Shown here in pieces: positions 51,685 through 64,000 of a DNA stretch of 64,000 bases. The DNA is taken from positions 1,312,001-1,376,000 of the forward strand of contig OY970192.1 in assembly GCA_963708135.1 (NCBI GenBank), given 5' to 3'. The DNA is from an uncultured Gemmatimonadales bacterium. GTDB lineage: Bacteria; Gemmatimonadota; Gemmatimonadetes; Longimicrobiales; RSA9. Under the pieces are notes generated by a model, which made no database searches, was not told where the DNA came from, and saw only the letters and a list, made by a program, of their open reading frames with translations. A program made the translations under genes and the position numbers. Position 1 is the stretch's first letter, and every line of letters starts with the position of its first letter.

Positions 51685-52646
51685 TGCGGGCCGCACCCTA
51701 CCTCGGCAAGGACCTCGTCGGCCTGGAGCACCTCGAACCGGACCAGATCCGGGGCGTGCTCGACACCGCGGAGCCCTTCAAGGAGATCAGCGAGCGGGCC
51801 ATCAAGAAGGTGCCCGTCCTGCGCGGCAAGACCATCGTCAACCTCTTCTTCGAGCCGTCCACCCGCACCCGCATCTCCTTCGAGTTCGCCGAGAAGCGCC
51901 TCTCCGCCGACACCGTCAACGTGGCCGCCAGCGGCTCCAGCGTCGTGAAGGGCGAGACGCTGGTCGACACCGCCAGGAACCTCGAGGCCATGCGGATCGA
52001 CATGGTCGTGATCCGGCACGCCTCCTCCGGTGCGGCACGCTTCCTGGCGGAGCGCATCCCCTCGAACGTCGTGAACGCCGGCGATGGCCGCCACGAGCAC
52101 CCCACCCAGGCGCTCCTCGACATGCTCACGATCCGCGATCGCCTCGGTCACATCGAGGGAGCGCGCGTCTGCATCGTGGGCGACATCCTGCACTCCCGCG
52201 TCGCCCGCTCGAACCTGTGGGGGCTCACGAAGCTGGGCGCCGAGGTGGCCGTGTGCGGGCCGCGCACCCTGCTGCCCGCCGGCATCGAGGAGCTCGGCGT
52301 CCGGGTCTTCGGCCGGGTCGAGGAAGCCATCGAGTGGGCCGAGGTGCTGAACGTGCTGCGCCTTCAGCTGGAGCGGATGCAGGCCGGCTACGTGCCCAGC
52401 CTGCGCGAGTACAACCGTGTCTTCGGCGTCACCCGCGAGCGCATCGAGCGCGCCCCGCGGGACCTCCTCATCCTTCACCCCGGACCGATGAACCGCGGCG
52501 TCGAGATCGACAGCGACGTGGCCGACGGCCCCCACTCCCTGATCCTGAACCAGGTCACCAACGGCGTGGCGGTGCGGATGGCCGTCCTCTACCTGCTGGC
52601 GGGCGGTGCCCCCGAGCGCGCGGAGGTCGCCAAGCGTGAGGACTGA
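51684..52646 (+). CDS. pyrB: Aspartate carbamoyltransferase
   Basis: [18 protein letters not shown]. Confidence 0.96.
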   Translation: MRAAPYLGKDLVGLEHLEPDQIRGVLDTAEPFKEISERAIKKVPVLRGKTIVNLFFEPSTRTRISFEFAEKRLSADTVNVAASGSSVVKGETLVDTARNLEAMRIDMVVIRHASSGAARFLAERIPSNVVNAGDGRHEHPTQALLDMLTIRDRLGHIEGARVCIVGDILHSRVARSNLWGLTKLGAEVAVCGPRTLLPAGIEELGVRVFGRVEEAIEWAEVLNVLRLQLERMQAGYVPSLREYNRVFGVTRERIERAPRDLLILHPGPMNRGVEIDSDVADGPHSLILNQVTNGVAVRMAVLYLLAGGAPERAEVAKRED

Positions 52647-52724
52647 GCGGCGGGGAGCGCGCTGGGCGCCTCGATCCGGCCACGCTCTCTCGGACAGCCG
52701 GCGGTGCGCGTCGGCAGGGGCGCA

Positions 52725-54065
52725 ATGATGGCCGATCGAGCCATTCTCCTGCGCGGGGGAAGGGTGCTAGATCCCTCGCAAGGCATGGACGCCGTGCTCG
52801 ACGTCCTCGTGGCCGACGGGCTGGTCGCGGCCGTCGGCAGCGGCCTGGATGCCCCGGAGGGAGCCGAGATCGTGGCCGTCGAGGGGCTGGTGGTCTGCCC
52901 CGGGCTGATCGACCTGCACGTCCACCTCCGAGAGCCGGGCGGCGAGCACAAGGAGACGATCGCCAGCGGGGCGCGGGCGGCCGCGTCGGGAGGCTTCACG
53001 GCGGTCTGCGCGATGCCGAACACCGACCCGCCCGTGGACACGCCGGCAGCGGTCGGCTTCGTTCGCGCCGAGGGGCTCCGCGCCGGGGCAGCCCGCGTCT
53101 ATCCCGTGGGCGCCGTCTCGGTGGGGCAGAACGGAGAGCGCCTCACGGAGATCGGCGAGATGGTCGAAGCCGGCGCGGTCGCCATCACCGATGACGGCCG
53201 TCCCGTCTCCGATGCCGGGCTCATGCGTCTGGCCCTGGAGTACGCGCGCACCTTCGACATCCCCGTCGCGAGCCACTGCGAGGAGCGCAGCCTCTCGCGC
53301 GGCGGGTCGATGAACGAGGGCTTCGTCTCCACCCGCCTCGGCGTCATGGGCATCCCCAACGCCGCGGAGGACGTGATGATCGCCCGCGACCTGATCCTGA
53401 CGGAGCTCACGGGCGGCCGGCTCCACATCCAGCACGTCTCCACCCGGGCCGGCGTCGAGATGATCCGGCGGGCCAGGGAGCGCGGCGTGAACGTGACGGC
53501 GGAGGGCACGCCCCACCACTTCACGCTCACGGACACGGCCGTGGACGGCTACCGCACCGAGGCCAAGGTGAACCCGCCGCTGCGCGCGGCGGAGGACCGG
53601 GACGCCGTGCGGCAGGGGGTGGTGGAGGGGACCCTGGACGTGATCGCCACCGACCACGCGCCGCATCACTACGACGAGAAGGAACAGGCCTTCGACGACG
53701 CGCCGTTCGGCCTCGTCGGGTTGGAAACCGCTCTCGGGATTGCGATCACTGAGCTCGTGGATACAAAGCTACTTACGTTGTCCGACCTCATCCAACGCAT
53801 GAGCTGTCGGCCGGCGCGGGCGTTCTCGCTTCCCGGTGGCACGCTGAAGGTCGGCTCGCCGGCCGATGTGGCCGTGCTGGACCCCGCGGCGGAATGGATC
53901 GTGGATCCGACGCGCTTCCTGTCCAGGAGCCGGAACACGCCGTTCGCCGGGCGCCGGCTGCGGGGGCGGGCGCGCCTCACGCTGGTGGCCGGCCGGCCGG
54001 TGTTCGACCGGGAGCGCATGCCGCTTGCTGGCGGCCCGCCGGCGGGGGAGCGGCAGGGTGGCTGA
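52725..54065 (+). CDS. pyrC: Dihydroorotase
   Basis: DLHVHLREPG, MPNT, KVNPPLR, TDHAPH. Confidence 0.95.
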   Translation: MMADRAILLRGGRVLDPSQGMDAVLDVLVADGLVAAVGSGLDAPEGAEIVAVEGLVVCPGLIDLHVHLREPGGEHKETIASGARAAASGGFTAVCAMPNTDPPVDTPAAVGFVRAEGLRAGAARVYPVGAVSVGQNGERLTEIGEMVEAGAVAITDDGRPVSDAGLMRLALEYARTFDIPVASHCEERSLSRGGSMNEGFVSTRLGVMGIPNAAEDVMIARDLILTELTGGRLHIQHVSTRAGVEMIRRARERGVNVTAEGTPHHFTLTDTAVDGYRTEAKVNPPLRAAEDRDAVRQGVVEGTLDVIATDHAPHHYDEKEQAFDDAPFGLVGLETALGIAITELVDTKLLTLSDLIQRMSCRPARAFSLPGGTLKVGSPADVAVLDPAAEWIVDPTRFLSRSRNTPFAGRRLRGRARLTLVAGRPVFDRERMPLAGGPPAGERQGG

Positions 54066-55263
54066 GCCCGTGCCGCAGCGGGTCGCGCCGCGGGACTGGG
54101 TCGGTCGGGAGCCGTACCCGTGGCCGGCCTTCGCGACCCTGGAGCCGGGGACGGCGCTGGCCGGCTGCTACGCCCTGGTCTCCTTCCAGGTGGATCGGAC
54201 GAAGCAGGGGAAGCCCTACGTCAAGCTGCAGCTGAGCGATCGCCACGGCACCGTCGAGGCGCGCATCTGGGAGCCGACGGACGGCGTGGTCGGCGTGCTG
54301 AGGGACTGCGCCTACGTCGGCGTGCGGGGGCGAGTGGAGAGCTTCAACGGCCTGCAGCTCCGCGTCACCTCGCTGGCCCCGCTGGTCGTGGAGGCCGAGG
54401 ACCTCGCCCTGTTCATGCCGCGCTCGCCCAGGGATCCCGCGCGCATGGAGGCGGAGCTTCAGGCGCTCACGGCCTCGATCGGCGACGCGGGGCTGCGCGC
54501 GCTCGTGACGCGGCTCCTCGACCCGGCGGCGGAGAGCGGCCGGCTCTTCCGGGTCGCGCCGGCGGCCAAGCACAACCACCACGCCTACCTCGGCGGGCTG
54601 CTGGAGCACACGCTCTCCATGGCCACGGTGGCGGATGCGCTGGCCCGGCACTACGGAGCCGCGGTGGACCGCGACCTGCTCGTCGCCGCGGCGCTCCTGC
54701 ACGACCTCGGCAAGACGCGCGAGATCAGGGCGCGGCCGGGCTTCCCCTACACGGACGAAGGGAAGCTGCTCGGCCACATCCTCATCGGGCTCCAGATGGT
54801 GGCCGACGAAGCGGCCGGCGTGCCCGGGCTCCCGCCCGAGCGCCTGCTCCTGCTCCAGCACCTGATCGCCAGCCACCAGGGGCGCTACGAGTGGCAGAGC
54901 CCGCGGGAGCCGCGCCTGCTGGAGGGGCTGCTCCTCCATTATGCCGACGACCTGGACGCCAAGATGAACCAGGCCGGAGCTCTCGTCGCGGGCGTGGACA
55001 GCGGATGGACGGGCTACGATCGCTCGCTCGGCCGGGATTTCCTGCGCCATCTCGCCCCCGCGCCGGACGGCGGCGACGTGCCGGAAGACGCGCCGCGACG
55101 TACCCGGCGCCTGCTCGGGCGCTTCTCCCCGGGCGGGGCGAGCGGAAGCAGGGAAGGCGCGGAGCCGGCCGACGCGCCCGACGCCGCCGAGAGCGAGCCC
55201 CCGGCGCCGGAGGAGGGCTCCGGGGAGGCCCCGGATCCGGCTACGCTCGATCTCTTCGGCTGA
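54058..55263 (+). CDS. OB-fold + HD-domain 3'-5' exoribonuclease (YhaM/CBF1-like)
   Basis: HHAYLGGLLEH, LHDLGK, GHI, SHQG, ADDLDAK. Confidence 0.88.
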   Translation: MAEPVPQRVAPRDWVGREPYPWPAFATLEPGTALAGCYALVSFQVDRTKQGKPYVKLQLSDRHGTVEARIWEPTDGVVGVLRDCAYVGVRGRVESFNGLQLRVTSLAPLVVEAEDLALFMPRSPRDPARMEAELQALTASIGDAGLRALVTRLLDPAAESGRLFRVAPAAKHNHHAYLGGLLEHTLSMATVADALARHYGAAVDRDLLVAAALLHDLGKTREIRARPGFPYTDEGKLLGHILIGLQMVADEAAGVPGLPPERLLLLQHLIASHQGRYEWQSPREPRLLEGLLLHYADDLDAKMNQAGALVAGVDSGWTGYDRSLGRDFLRHLAPAPDGGDVPEDAPRRTRRLLGRFSPGGASGSREGAEPADAPDAAESEPPAPEEGSGEAPDPATLDLFG

Positions 55264-55285
55264 CGCCCCGAGGGCGCCCGACGCA

Positions 55286-55335
55286 GAACGGCCGCGGCGT
55301 CCGAACCCCGGGGGGTCCGGACGCCGCGGCCGTTC
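55286..55335. terminator. GC-rich hairpin between convergent genes
   Basis: GAACGGCCGCGGCGTCCG...CGGACGCCGCGGCCGTTC, 18-bp stem. Confidence 0.65.
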
Positions 55336-55356
55336 CAGCCGATGCGAGGCGGCGCG

Positions 55357-55614
55357 TCAGGCGCCGAGCTGCGCGATGTGGCGCGCCAGCTGCGACTTCT
55401 TGCGCGCGGCCTTGTTCGGGTGGATCAGCCGCCGCGACGCGAACCGGTCCAGTAGCGCGGAGGTCTCGCGGAACGCCTCCTGTGCTTCGCCCGGCTCGGA
55501 CGCGTTCAGCACCTTCTTGATGGACGTCTTCATCCGGGACCGCTGCGCGCGGTTGCGCTGCGCACGCTTCTCGGCCTGCCGGACCCTCTTCTCGGCGCTC
55601 CTGGTGTTGGGCAA
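55357..55614 (-). CDS. rpsT: 30S ribosomal protein S20
   Basis: PNTRSAEKR...N...S..KT...IHPNKAARKKS; TTG start. Confidence 0.95.
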   Translation of the reverse strand: MPNTRSAEKRVRQAEKRAQRNRAQRSRMKTSIKKVLNASEPGEAQEAFRETSALLDRFASRRLIHPNKAARKKSQLARHIAQLGA

Positions 55615-55799
55615 CGGCCCCTCTCCGTGCTTCTGGTACGCAATTGCGGATGACGTAGCCCAAAAAGCTATATACGGGGCTGCGTAGTGTCAACGGCTGG
55701 TGGGCCGCTGCGTCCTGCGGGAGCTGCGGCTGCGGGTCTGGCCCACTGCCTGCCCGCAGGGTGGCGAATCCCCTGGCGGCGCCGTTACCTTTCGCCGCC

Positions 55800-56453
55800 A
55801 TGGAACTGCTTCTGATTCTGCCGGTCCTGCTCTTTTCGGTCGTGCTTCACGAGGTCGCCCACGGCTGGGTGGCGCTGCGCGAAGGAGACGCAACAGCCTA
55901 CATGCTGGGGCGCCTCACGCTGAACCCGATTCCGCATATCGACATCTTCGGCAGCATCATCTTTCCGCTCCTCCTCTGGATCTCGCATGTCGGCGTGCTG
56001 TTCGGCTGGGCCAAGCCGGTTCCGGTGAATCCGCGCAACTACAGGAACTTCAAGCGCGGGGACATCCTCGTCTCGATCGCCGGGATCACGGCCAACCTTC
56101 TGCTCGCGATGGCGTGCACGCTGCTGACGGTAGTGGTGATCTACCTCGCCCGTGCGCTGCCGGCGCTGCTGCCGACTTTCGGGCTGCTCGTGCAGATGCT
56201 GCGCTACGGCATCCTGATCAATCTGGTGCTGGCCTTCTTCAACCTGATCCCGATCCCGCCGCTGGACGGCTCGCACCTGTTCTACTATCTGCTGCCGCCG
56301 CGGCTCGGGATGCAGTACCGGGAGTTCGGCCGCTACGGGATGTTCATTCTGCTGGCCGTGTTCCTCTTCCTGCCGGGGCTGGTCAACTTCTTCCTGGCAC
56401 CGGTGACGGTGTTCCAGGGGCTCGCTCAGGCCTTCATCCAGGCGCTCACCTGA
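55800..56453 (+). CDS. Site-2 protease (M50 family)
   Basis: HEVAHG; GRLTLNP; FNLIPIPPLDGS. Confidence 0.93.
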   Translation: MELLLILPVLLFSVVLHEVAHGWVALREGDATAYMLGRLTLNPIPHIDIFGSIIFPLLLWISHVGVLFGWAKPVPVNPRNYRNFKRGDILVSIAGITANLLLAMACTLLTVVVIYLARALPALLPTFGLLVQMLRYGILINLVLAFFNLIPIPPLDGSHLFYYLLPPRLGMQYREFGRYGMFILLAVFLFLPGLVNFFLAPVTVFQGLAQAFIQALT

Positions 56454-57217
56454 TGGCGACGGCCGCTCCTCTCGAGACCGGCTTCATGGTCGAGCTGGAG
56501 CGGTTCCAGGGGCCGCTCGATCTGCTGCTGCACCTGATCCGCGAGCAGGACATCGACATCTTCGACATCCCGATCGCGCAGATCACCGCGCAGTTCCTGG
56601 CGGCGATCGAGGGGGTGGAGCGGCTGGGGCTGGACCGCGCGGGCGAGTTCCTGGAGACGGCGGCGCTGCTGATCCGGATCAAGGCGCAGCTGCTGCTGCC
56701 GCGCTCCGGCGGTGCGGAGGGCGAGCTGGAGGATCCGCGGGCCGAGCTGGTACGGCGGCTGCTGGAGTACGAGCATTTCCGCGAGGTTGCCCGGGTGCTC
56801 GAGGAGGGGGAGGCGGACCGCATCCGGCACTTCGGGCGCGGCTACGTGCCGCCCCGGCCGCGGCCCGAGCCGGCCGAGCTGCCGCTCGAGACCGCATGGG
56901 AGGAGGTCTGGGCGACGGTCCTCGTGCTGGGAGAGCGGCAGCACGCGCCGGCGGACCACCACGTCGCGGCCCGCGCGGTCCCGCTGGAGGACAAGATCGC
57001 GCTGATCCGCGACACCCTGGCGCGCCTGGCGCGGGTGGAGTTCCGGCGTCTCGTGGCCCCCTTCGGGGACCGCCTGCACGCCGTGGTGACGCTGCTGGCG
57101 GGGCTCGAGCTCTCGCGCCGTCGCGTGCTGGCCCTGCGGCAGCGGGCGCCATTCACCGATCTCTGGCTCTACCGCCGCAGCGACCCGGGAATCGATGAGG
57201 ACGACGCAGATCGTTGA
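56453..57217 (+). CDS. scpA: Segregation and condensation protein A
   Basis: FQGPLDLLLHLI, DPRAELVRRLLEY. Confidence 0.93.
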   Translation: MATAAPLETGFMVELERFQGPLDLLLHLIREQDIDIFDIPIAQITAQFLAAIEGVERLGLDRAGEFLETAALLIRIKAQLLLPRSGGAEGELEDPRAELVRRLLEYEHFREVARVLEEGEADRIRHFGRGYVPPRPRPEPAELPLETAWEEVWATVLVLGERQHAPADHHVAARAVPLEDKIALIRDTLARLARVEFRRLVAPFGDRLHAVVTLLAGLELSRRRVLALRQRAPFTDLWLYRRSDPGIDEDDADR

Positions 57218-57992
57218 GGCCCTGCTCTTCGCCAGCGACGCGCCGCTGACGGCGGCCGATCTCGCGCGCGGCGATGAGACCCTGGACGAGGACCAGGTGG
57301 AGGCGGCCGTCCAGGAGCTCCGCTCGGAGTACGAGTCGCAGGAGCGCGCCTATCAGATCTACGAGCTGGGCGGCGGCTACCAGATCCTCACGCGCCCCGA
57401 GTTCGCGCCCTACCTCGAGCGCTTCGACACCGTCCCGCAGTCCTCGCGGCTCTCCGGCCCCGCCCTCGAGGTCCTCGCCGTCATCGTGTACCGCCAGCCG
57501 ATCGGCCGCTCGGAGATCGAGGAGATCCGGGGCGTCGGCTCGTCGGGTGTGCTGCGCACGCTGCTCGACCGTGGCCTGATCGAGGTGGCCGGCCGAGGGG
57601 AGGGGCTGGGCCGGCCGCTCCTCTACGGCACGACGTCGCGCTTCCTCGAGCATTTCGGCTTCCGCTCGCTCGAGGACCTGCCGCGCCCGGAGGAGTTGCC
57701 CGTGGTGCTGCGGGAGCGGCCCGACGAGGAAGCGGCCTCCGACGAGGCTGTCACCGTTGCATCGCCCTCCGGCGAGCCGGCGCCGCCGCCGGACGAGGCG
57801 GGCGGCGAAGCGGCGCCGGACGCCCCGGCCGCCGAGCACGGGACCGCCGGCTCCGGCAATGGCAGGACCGCCGCGTCGGAGCGTTCCCAGCCCGGCGCTG
57901 CCGTGGACGCTCCGGATGCGACGGACGGTCCGGCTCCTTCGCAGGCCGTGGACGCGCCGGGCACGGCGGGCGCGCGCGAGCCGCGGGACTGA
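57195..57992 (+). CDS. scpB: Segregation and condensation protein B
   Basis: VEALLFAS, YRQPI, IRGV, GRPLLYGTT. Confidence 0.94.
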   Translation: MRTTQIVEALLFASDAPLTAADLARGDETLDEDQVEAAVQELRSEYESQERAYQIYELGGGYQILTRPEFAPYLERFDTVPQSSRLSGPALEVLAVIVYRQPIGRSEIEEIRGVGSSGVLRTLLDRGLIEVAGRGEGLGRPLLYGTTSRFLEHFGFRSLEDLPRPEELPVVLRERPDEEAASDEAVTVASPSGEPAPPPDEAGGEAAPDAPAAEHGTAGSGNGRTAASERSQPGAAVDAPDATDGPAPSQAVDAPGTAGAREPRD

Positions 57993-58008
57993 GACAGCGA
58001 GGCGGGAG

Positions 58009-58743
58009 GTGGGCGCGCCGGTCCGGCTGCAGAAGCTGCTCTCGCAGGCCGGCGTCGCGTCGCGGCGGCGGGCGGAGAGGTACATCGAGTCCGGGCGGGT
58101 CCGCGTGAACGGCCGGGTGGTGACGGAGCTCGGGACGAAGGTGGATCCCGACGTGGACGTGGTGGAGGTGGACGGGCGTCCTGTGCGGCCGGCACCCACC
58201 GTCTGGATCGCGCTGCACAAGCCGGTCGGCGTCGTGAGCACGCGCCGGGATCCGCAGGGCCGGCCGACCCTCTACGGGCTGCTGCCACCGGAGCTGTCCG
58301 GCCTCTTCCACGTTGGCCGGCTGGACGCCGACAGCGAGGGTCTGATCCTGCTGACCAACGACGGCGAGACGGCGCACCGGCTGACGCACCCCCGCTACGG
58401 GGTGGACCGCGTCTACGAGGTCGAGGTGGAGGGGCCGCTCGATTCCGGGGTGCTGGCGCGCCTGCGCGGCGGCGTGCGGCTGGAGGATGGCGTGGCGCGG
58501 CCCGAGGCGGCGCGTGTTCTCGAGGGCGCATCCGGAAGGCAGTGTCGCCTCGAGCTCGTGCTGCGGGAGGGCCGCAAGCGCGAGGTGCGGCGCATGCTCG
58601 CCGCCCTCGGACATCCGGTGCTCCGGCTGGTCCGCCGCCGCTACGGTCCGGTCGAGCTCGGCCGCCTGGCGTCCGGCGGGTGGCGCAGGCTGGGAGAGAG
58701 AGAGGTGCGGGCGCTCGAGACGACGACGCGCGGGCCCCGCTGA
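58009..58743 (+). CDS. rluB: Pseudouridine synthase (RsuA/RluB family)
   Basis: RLQKLL S4 domain; HKP; GRLD; EGRKREVRRM. Confidence 0.9.
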   Translation: MGAPVRLQKLLSQAGVASRRRAERYIESGRVRVNGRVVTELGTKVDPDVDVVEVDGRPVRPAPTVWIALHKPVGVVSTRRDPQGRPTLYGLLPPELSGLFHVGRLDADSEGLILLTNDGETAHRLTHPRYGVDRVYEVEVEGPLDSGVLARLRGGVRLEDGVARPEAARVLEGASGRQCRLELVLREGRKREVRRMLAALGHPVLRLVRRRYGPVELGRLASGGWRRLGEREVRALETTTRGPR

Positions 58744-58759
58744 GCCGAGGGAGGCGAGG

Positions 58760-60421
58760 ATGGAGGTCAGGGACCGTACGATCGTGATCCTGGGGGGGAC
58801 GGGGCTGGTCGGGATGGCGGTGGCGCGACGGCTCCTCGAGCTGGGCCCCGCGCGCATCGTGCTGAGTGGGCTCGCCCGCGCGGAGGCCGAGCAGGCGGTG
58901 GCGGAGCTGGCCGGGGAGGGCCTGCCGGACGGGACGGAGCTCGCGACCGAGTGGGGCGACCTCTTCACGCAGGAGGAGGGCAGAGAGCGCCCGCGGGCCG
59001 AGCTGCTCGCGGATCCCTCCGCCCGGGCCCGCCTGCTGGACGACCTCTACGGCGAGCTGACCGGCGACGTCGTCGAGCGCTCGACCCTCGGCGCGCTCCT
59101 GCTCCGCTGGCGGCCGCACCTGATCGTGGACTGCGTGAACACCGCCACGGCCTTCGCCTACCAGAACGTCTTCGACAGCGCCGGCCGGCTGCGCGCGGAG
59201 GCGGCGGCGGGCGGCGTCGGCCTGGAGAGCGTCGAGCGGCACCTCGCCACGCTCTACCTGCCGCAGCTGATCCGGCACGTGCAGATCGCGATCGAGGCCA
59301 TGCGGCGCGCGGGCACGGAGATGTACCTGAAGGTCGGCACCGCCGGCACGGGCGGCATGGGACTGAACATTCCGTTCACGCACTCCGAGGAGCGTCCCAG
59401 CCGCATGCTGCTGGCCAAGGCGGGCGTGGCCGGCGCGCACACCCTCCTGCTCTACCTCATGGCCCGCACGCCGGGCGCCCCGGCGGTCAAGGAGGTGAAG
59501 CCGACGGCGGCGATCTCCTGGAAGCGGATCGCCTTCGGCGAGGTGCTGCGCCGGGGCCGTCCGATCGCGTGCTGGGATGCGCTCGAGCCGCTGCCGCTGG
59601 AGGGCGCCTTCGCGCCCGGTGCGGCGGAGCGGGCCGCGGCGCCGACCGGCTCCAACCTGCGCGGCGTCTTCGTGGACTCGGGCGAGAACGGCCTCTTCAG
59701 CCTGGGCGAGTTCGAGACGCTGACGGCGCTCGGGCTCATGGAGTTCATCACCCCCGAGGAGATCGCGGACACGATCGTGCGCGAGGTCCGGGGGGCGCCG
59801 ACGGGGCGTGACGTGGTGGGCGCGCTCGACGGCGCCACATCCGGGCCGACCTACCGGGCGGGAGTGCTCCGGCAGGTTGCGCTGGATGAGATGGAGGCGC
59901 TGGAGCGCGAGCACGGCGTGGATGCCGTCGCCTACGAGATGCTGGGGCCGCCGCGGCTCTCGAAGCTGCTCTTCGAGGCGGCGATCCTCGCGCGCCTGTA
60001 CGGGGACCTGCCGGCGGTGGCGGCGCTCGACCCGGAGGAGGCGGGGAGGCGGGCGGCCTCGCTCGTGGAGGAGGACGCGGACCTGCGGGTCCGGATGCTG
60101 ACGATCGGTCTGCCCGTGCTGCTTCCGGACGGCCAGCGGGTGCTGCGGGGCCCCGAGGTCAAGGTGGCGCCGGAGCCCGGCCGGCCGGCGGCGGACGCGC
60201 GGCTGATCGACAACGGGTGGGTGGATCTGCGTCCGTCGAACTGGGAGCGCTGGCGCGGGCGCGCGGCGGCAATGCTGCGCGAGGCGCGCGAGCAGCCCGG
60301 CCCGGATCAGGGCTCGCGCTCCGACGTGGCGCGCGGGGCGAGGTGGCGCCGGCTGCGGCCGGGCAGCCTGGTCGCCTGGATCTTCCGCACGGAGGACCGC
60401 GGCGAGCGGGTGAAGCGCTGA
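58760..60421 (+). CDS. Large Rossmann-fold (SDR-like) protein of unknown function
   Basis: ILGGTGLVG N-terminal nucleotide-binding motif; GTAGTGGMG; about 553 aa. Confidence 0.75.
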   Translation: MEVRDRTIVILGGTGLVGMAVARRLLELGPARIVLSGLARAEAEQAVAELAGEGLPDGTELATEWGDLFTQEEGRERPRAELLADPSARARLLDDLYGELTGDVVERSTLGALLLRWRPHLIVDCVNTATAFAYQNVFDSAGRLRAEAAAGGVGLESVERHLATLYLPQLIRHVQIAIEAMRRAGTEMYLKVGTAGTGGMGLNIPFTHSEERPSRMLLAKAGVAGAHTLLLYLMARTPGAPAVKEVKPTAAISWKRIAFGEVLRRGRPIACWDALEPLPLEGAFAPGAAERAAAPTGSNLRGVFVDSGENGLFSLGEFETLTALGLMEFITPEEIADTIVREVRGAPTGRDVVGALDGATSGPTYRAGVLRQVALDEMEALEREHGVDAVAYEMLGPPRLSKLLFEAAILARLYGDLPAVAALDPEEAGRRAASLVEEDADLRVRMLTIGLPVLLPDGQRVLRGPEVKVAPEPGRPAADARLIDNGWVDLRPSNWERWRGRAAAMLREAREQPGPDQGSRSDVARGARWRRLRPGSLVAWIFRTEDRGERVKR

Positions 60422-60515
60422 GGGGCCTGTGGGGCCGGTAAGACTCTTGCGGATCCTCGGCCGGCCGACGGGCGTAGCATAGGAGGATTTCGCACCGTTC
60501 CAGACACGGAGGAGG

Positions 60516-61505
<990 letters not shown>

Positions 61506-61512
61506 AGGGGGC

Positions 61513-62507
<995 letters not shown>

Positions 62508-62511
<4 letters not shown>

Positions 62512-63527
62512 TGGGGGGCCGCTCCACGCCTGACCGCGCGTCAGGCGCGACGCCCACCGTTTCGGCGACGCCGCCGCTCGCGCGCCACGCGGTCCCGGTG
62601 CTGCTCGCGCTGGTCACGCTCCTCGCCCCGCCGAGCCCGGCCGGCGCGCAGGAGGTGCGGACCGCGCTCTCGCCGGACTCGGCCACGGTCGGCGACGTGG
62701 TCGAGGTGGCGGTGCGGGTGCACCTGCCGCCGGGGTACCGCGTTGCGGCGCCCGATTCGCTGACGCTGCCGGAGACCCTCGAGAACGCCGGCCGCCGCCG
62801 GGTCCTCGACGAGGAGCGCCCGGACAGCTCGCTGCAGGTGACCTTCGTCTACCCGGTGACGCCGTGGCACCCGGGCAGGCAGGCGCTGCCGATCGTGCCG
62901 GTCAGGGTCGTCGGGCCCGGCGGCTTCGACCGGACGCTCCAGGCGGCGCTGCCGCCCCTCACCGTGCTGTCCGTGCTGCCGCGCGACACGACGGGAATCA
63001 AGCCCCGGCCGGCCCGCGGAGTGCTGGGCGCGAACCGGCTCCTCTGGCCCTACATCCTGGCCGCGCTGCTCCTGCTGCTCCTGCTCGCACTTCTCGCCTG
63101 GTGGCTGTGGCGGCGGCACCGCCGCCGCACCGCCGCGGTGCCGGTCATCCCGCTCCGCACGGCCCGCGAGCAGGCGCTCGAGGCGCTCGACCGCGTGCGC
63201 GAGGCGGGGCTGATCGCCGCGGGGGCGCACAAGGAGCACTACAGCCGGATCGCGGCCGCCGTGCGTACCTACCTGGCCACGCTGGATCCCGCCTGGGGCA
63301 CCGAGCGAACCACGTCCGAGCTGCTCCTCGGGATGCGCGCCGGGATGGATGCGGACGCGGTGCGTGAGCTGCGCCGGCTGCTCGGCTCGGCGGACCTGGT
63401 GAAATTCGCCCGCCACCGGCCTGACGCCGCCGAGGGGGAGGAGGCGTGGCGGGCCGCCCGTGCGTGGGTGCTGGCCTACCCGCCCGCCGCGAAGCCGCCC
63501 GAGCAGGTCACCGCGGAGGCGGCCTGA
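62508..63527 (+). CDS. Bat-locus membrane protein (BatD/DUF4381-like)
   Basis: Signal peptide, Ig-like N-terminus, TM helix, TTSEL...ADLVKFA. Confidence 0.75.
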
Positions 63528-64000
63528 TGAGCTTCGGCTTCACGCATCCCTGGCTGCTCCTGCTCGTGCTCCCGCTGGCCGCGTTCCTCTGGTGGGCGAG
63601 GCGGGGGCCGCGCGCGGCGCTGGTCTTCTCGCGCGCTCCCGTGCTGGCACGCCTCGCCCGGCCGAGCGCCGCCTGGCTGGCGCGCGTGCCGGGGGTGTTC
63701 CGCACGCTCGGGGTGCTCGCGCTGATCCTGGCGCTCGCCGGTCCTCGAACCGGGATGTCCGCTGTGGACGTGCAGTCGGAGGGGATCGCCATCGTGCTCG
63801 CGCTCGACATCTCGAGCTCCATGCTGGCGGAGGATTTCCACCCGCGGAACCGGCTGGCGGTGGCCAAGCAGGTGGTGCACGACTTCGTGCAGGGGCGCAG
63901 GGAGGACCGGATCGGCCTCGTCGCCTTCGCCGGGGAGGCGCTGACGCAGGTGCCGATCACGGTGGACTACCAGGTCGTCTACCAGGCGCTCCAGCAGCTC
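63527..64000 (+). CDS. VWA-domain protein (BatA-like), 3'-truncated by window edge
   Basis: MSFGFTHPWLLLL; LALAGP; DISSSM MIDAS; RIGLVAF. Confidence 0.88.
   Translation, partial: MSFGFTHPWLLLLVLPLAAFLWWARRGPRAALVFSRAPVLARLARPSAAWLARVPGVFRTLGVLALILALAGPRTGMSAVDVQSEGIAIVLALDISSSMLAEDFHPRNRLAVAKQVVHDFVQGRREDRIGLVAFAGEALTQVPITVDYQVVYQALQQL

Overview
High-GC bacterial window; the gene set and order tentatively suggest a Gemmatimonadota-like organism (inference). About 1-26 kb is a very dense multiheme cytochrome c (MHC) region. Eight c-type cytochromes carry 85 CxxCH plus 5 CxxxGCH motifs by my count. It also holds a Rieske/cytochrome b complex, a split CbcL-like quinol oxidoreductase, a NapC/NirT-anchored ~20-heme protein + beta-barrel + 16-heme module, ccmFGH, a sigma54-type two-component system and an IS21 element. 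About 26-46 kb holds a second sigma54 regulator with a DosS-like GAF kinase, fhs, hypCDE, a formyltransferase and an enoyl-CoA-hydratase-like gene, hypFBA, a group 1 membrane-bound [NiFe]-hydrogenase operon and small stress genes. About 46-64 kb is housekeeping: tRNA-Gln, lexA-like, tadA, pyrR-pyrB-pyrC, rpsT, scpAB, rluB and a MoxR/DUF58/VWA cluster. Best novel-system candidate: a two-gene, split HypX-like CO-ligand pathway coupled to a divergent Fhs. Other notable items are a zinc-finger-less HypA, a LexA lacking both catalytic residues and a putative H2-to-extracellular-acceptor electron conduit. All calls come from motif reading only; no database searches were run.
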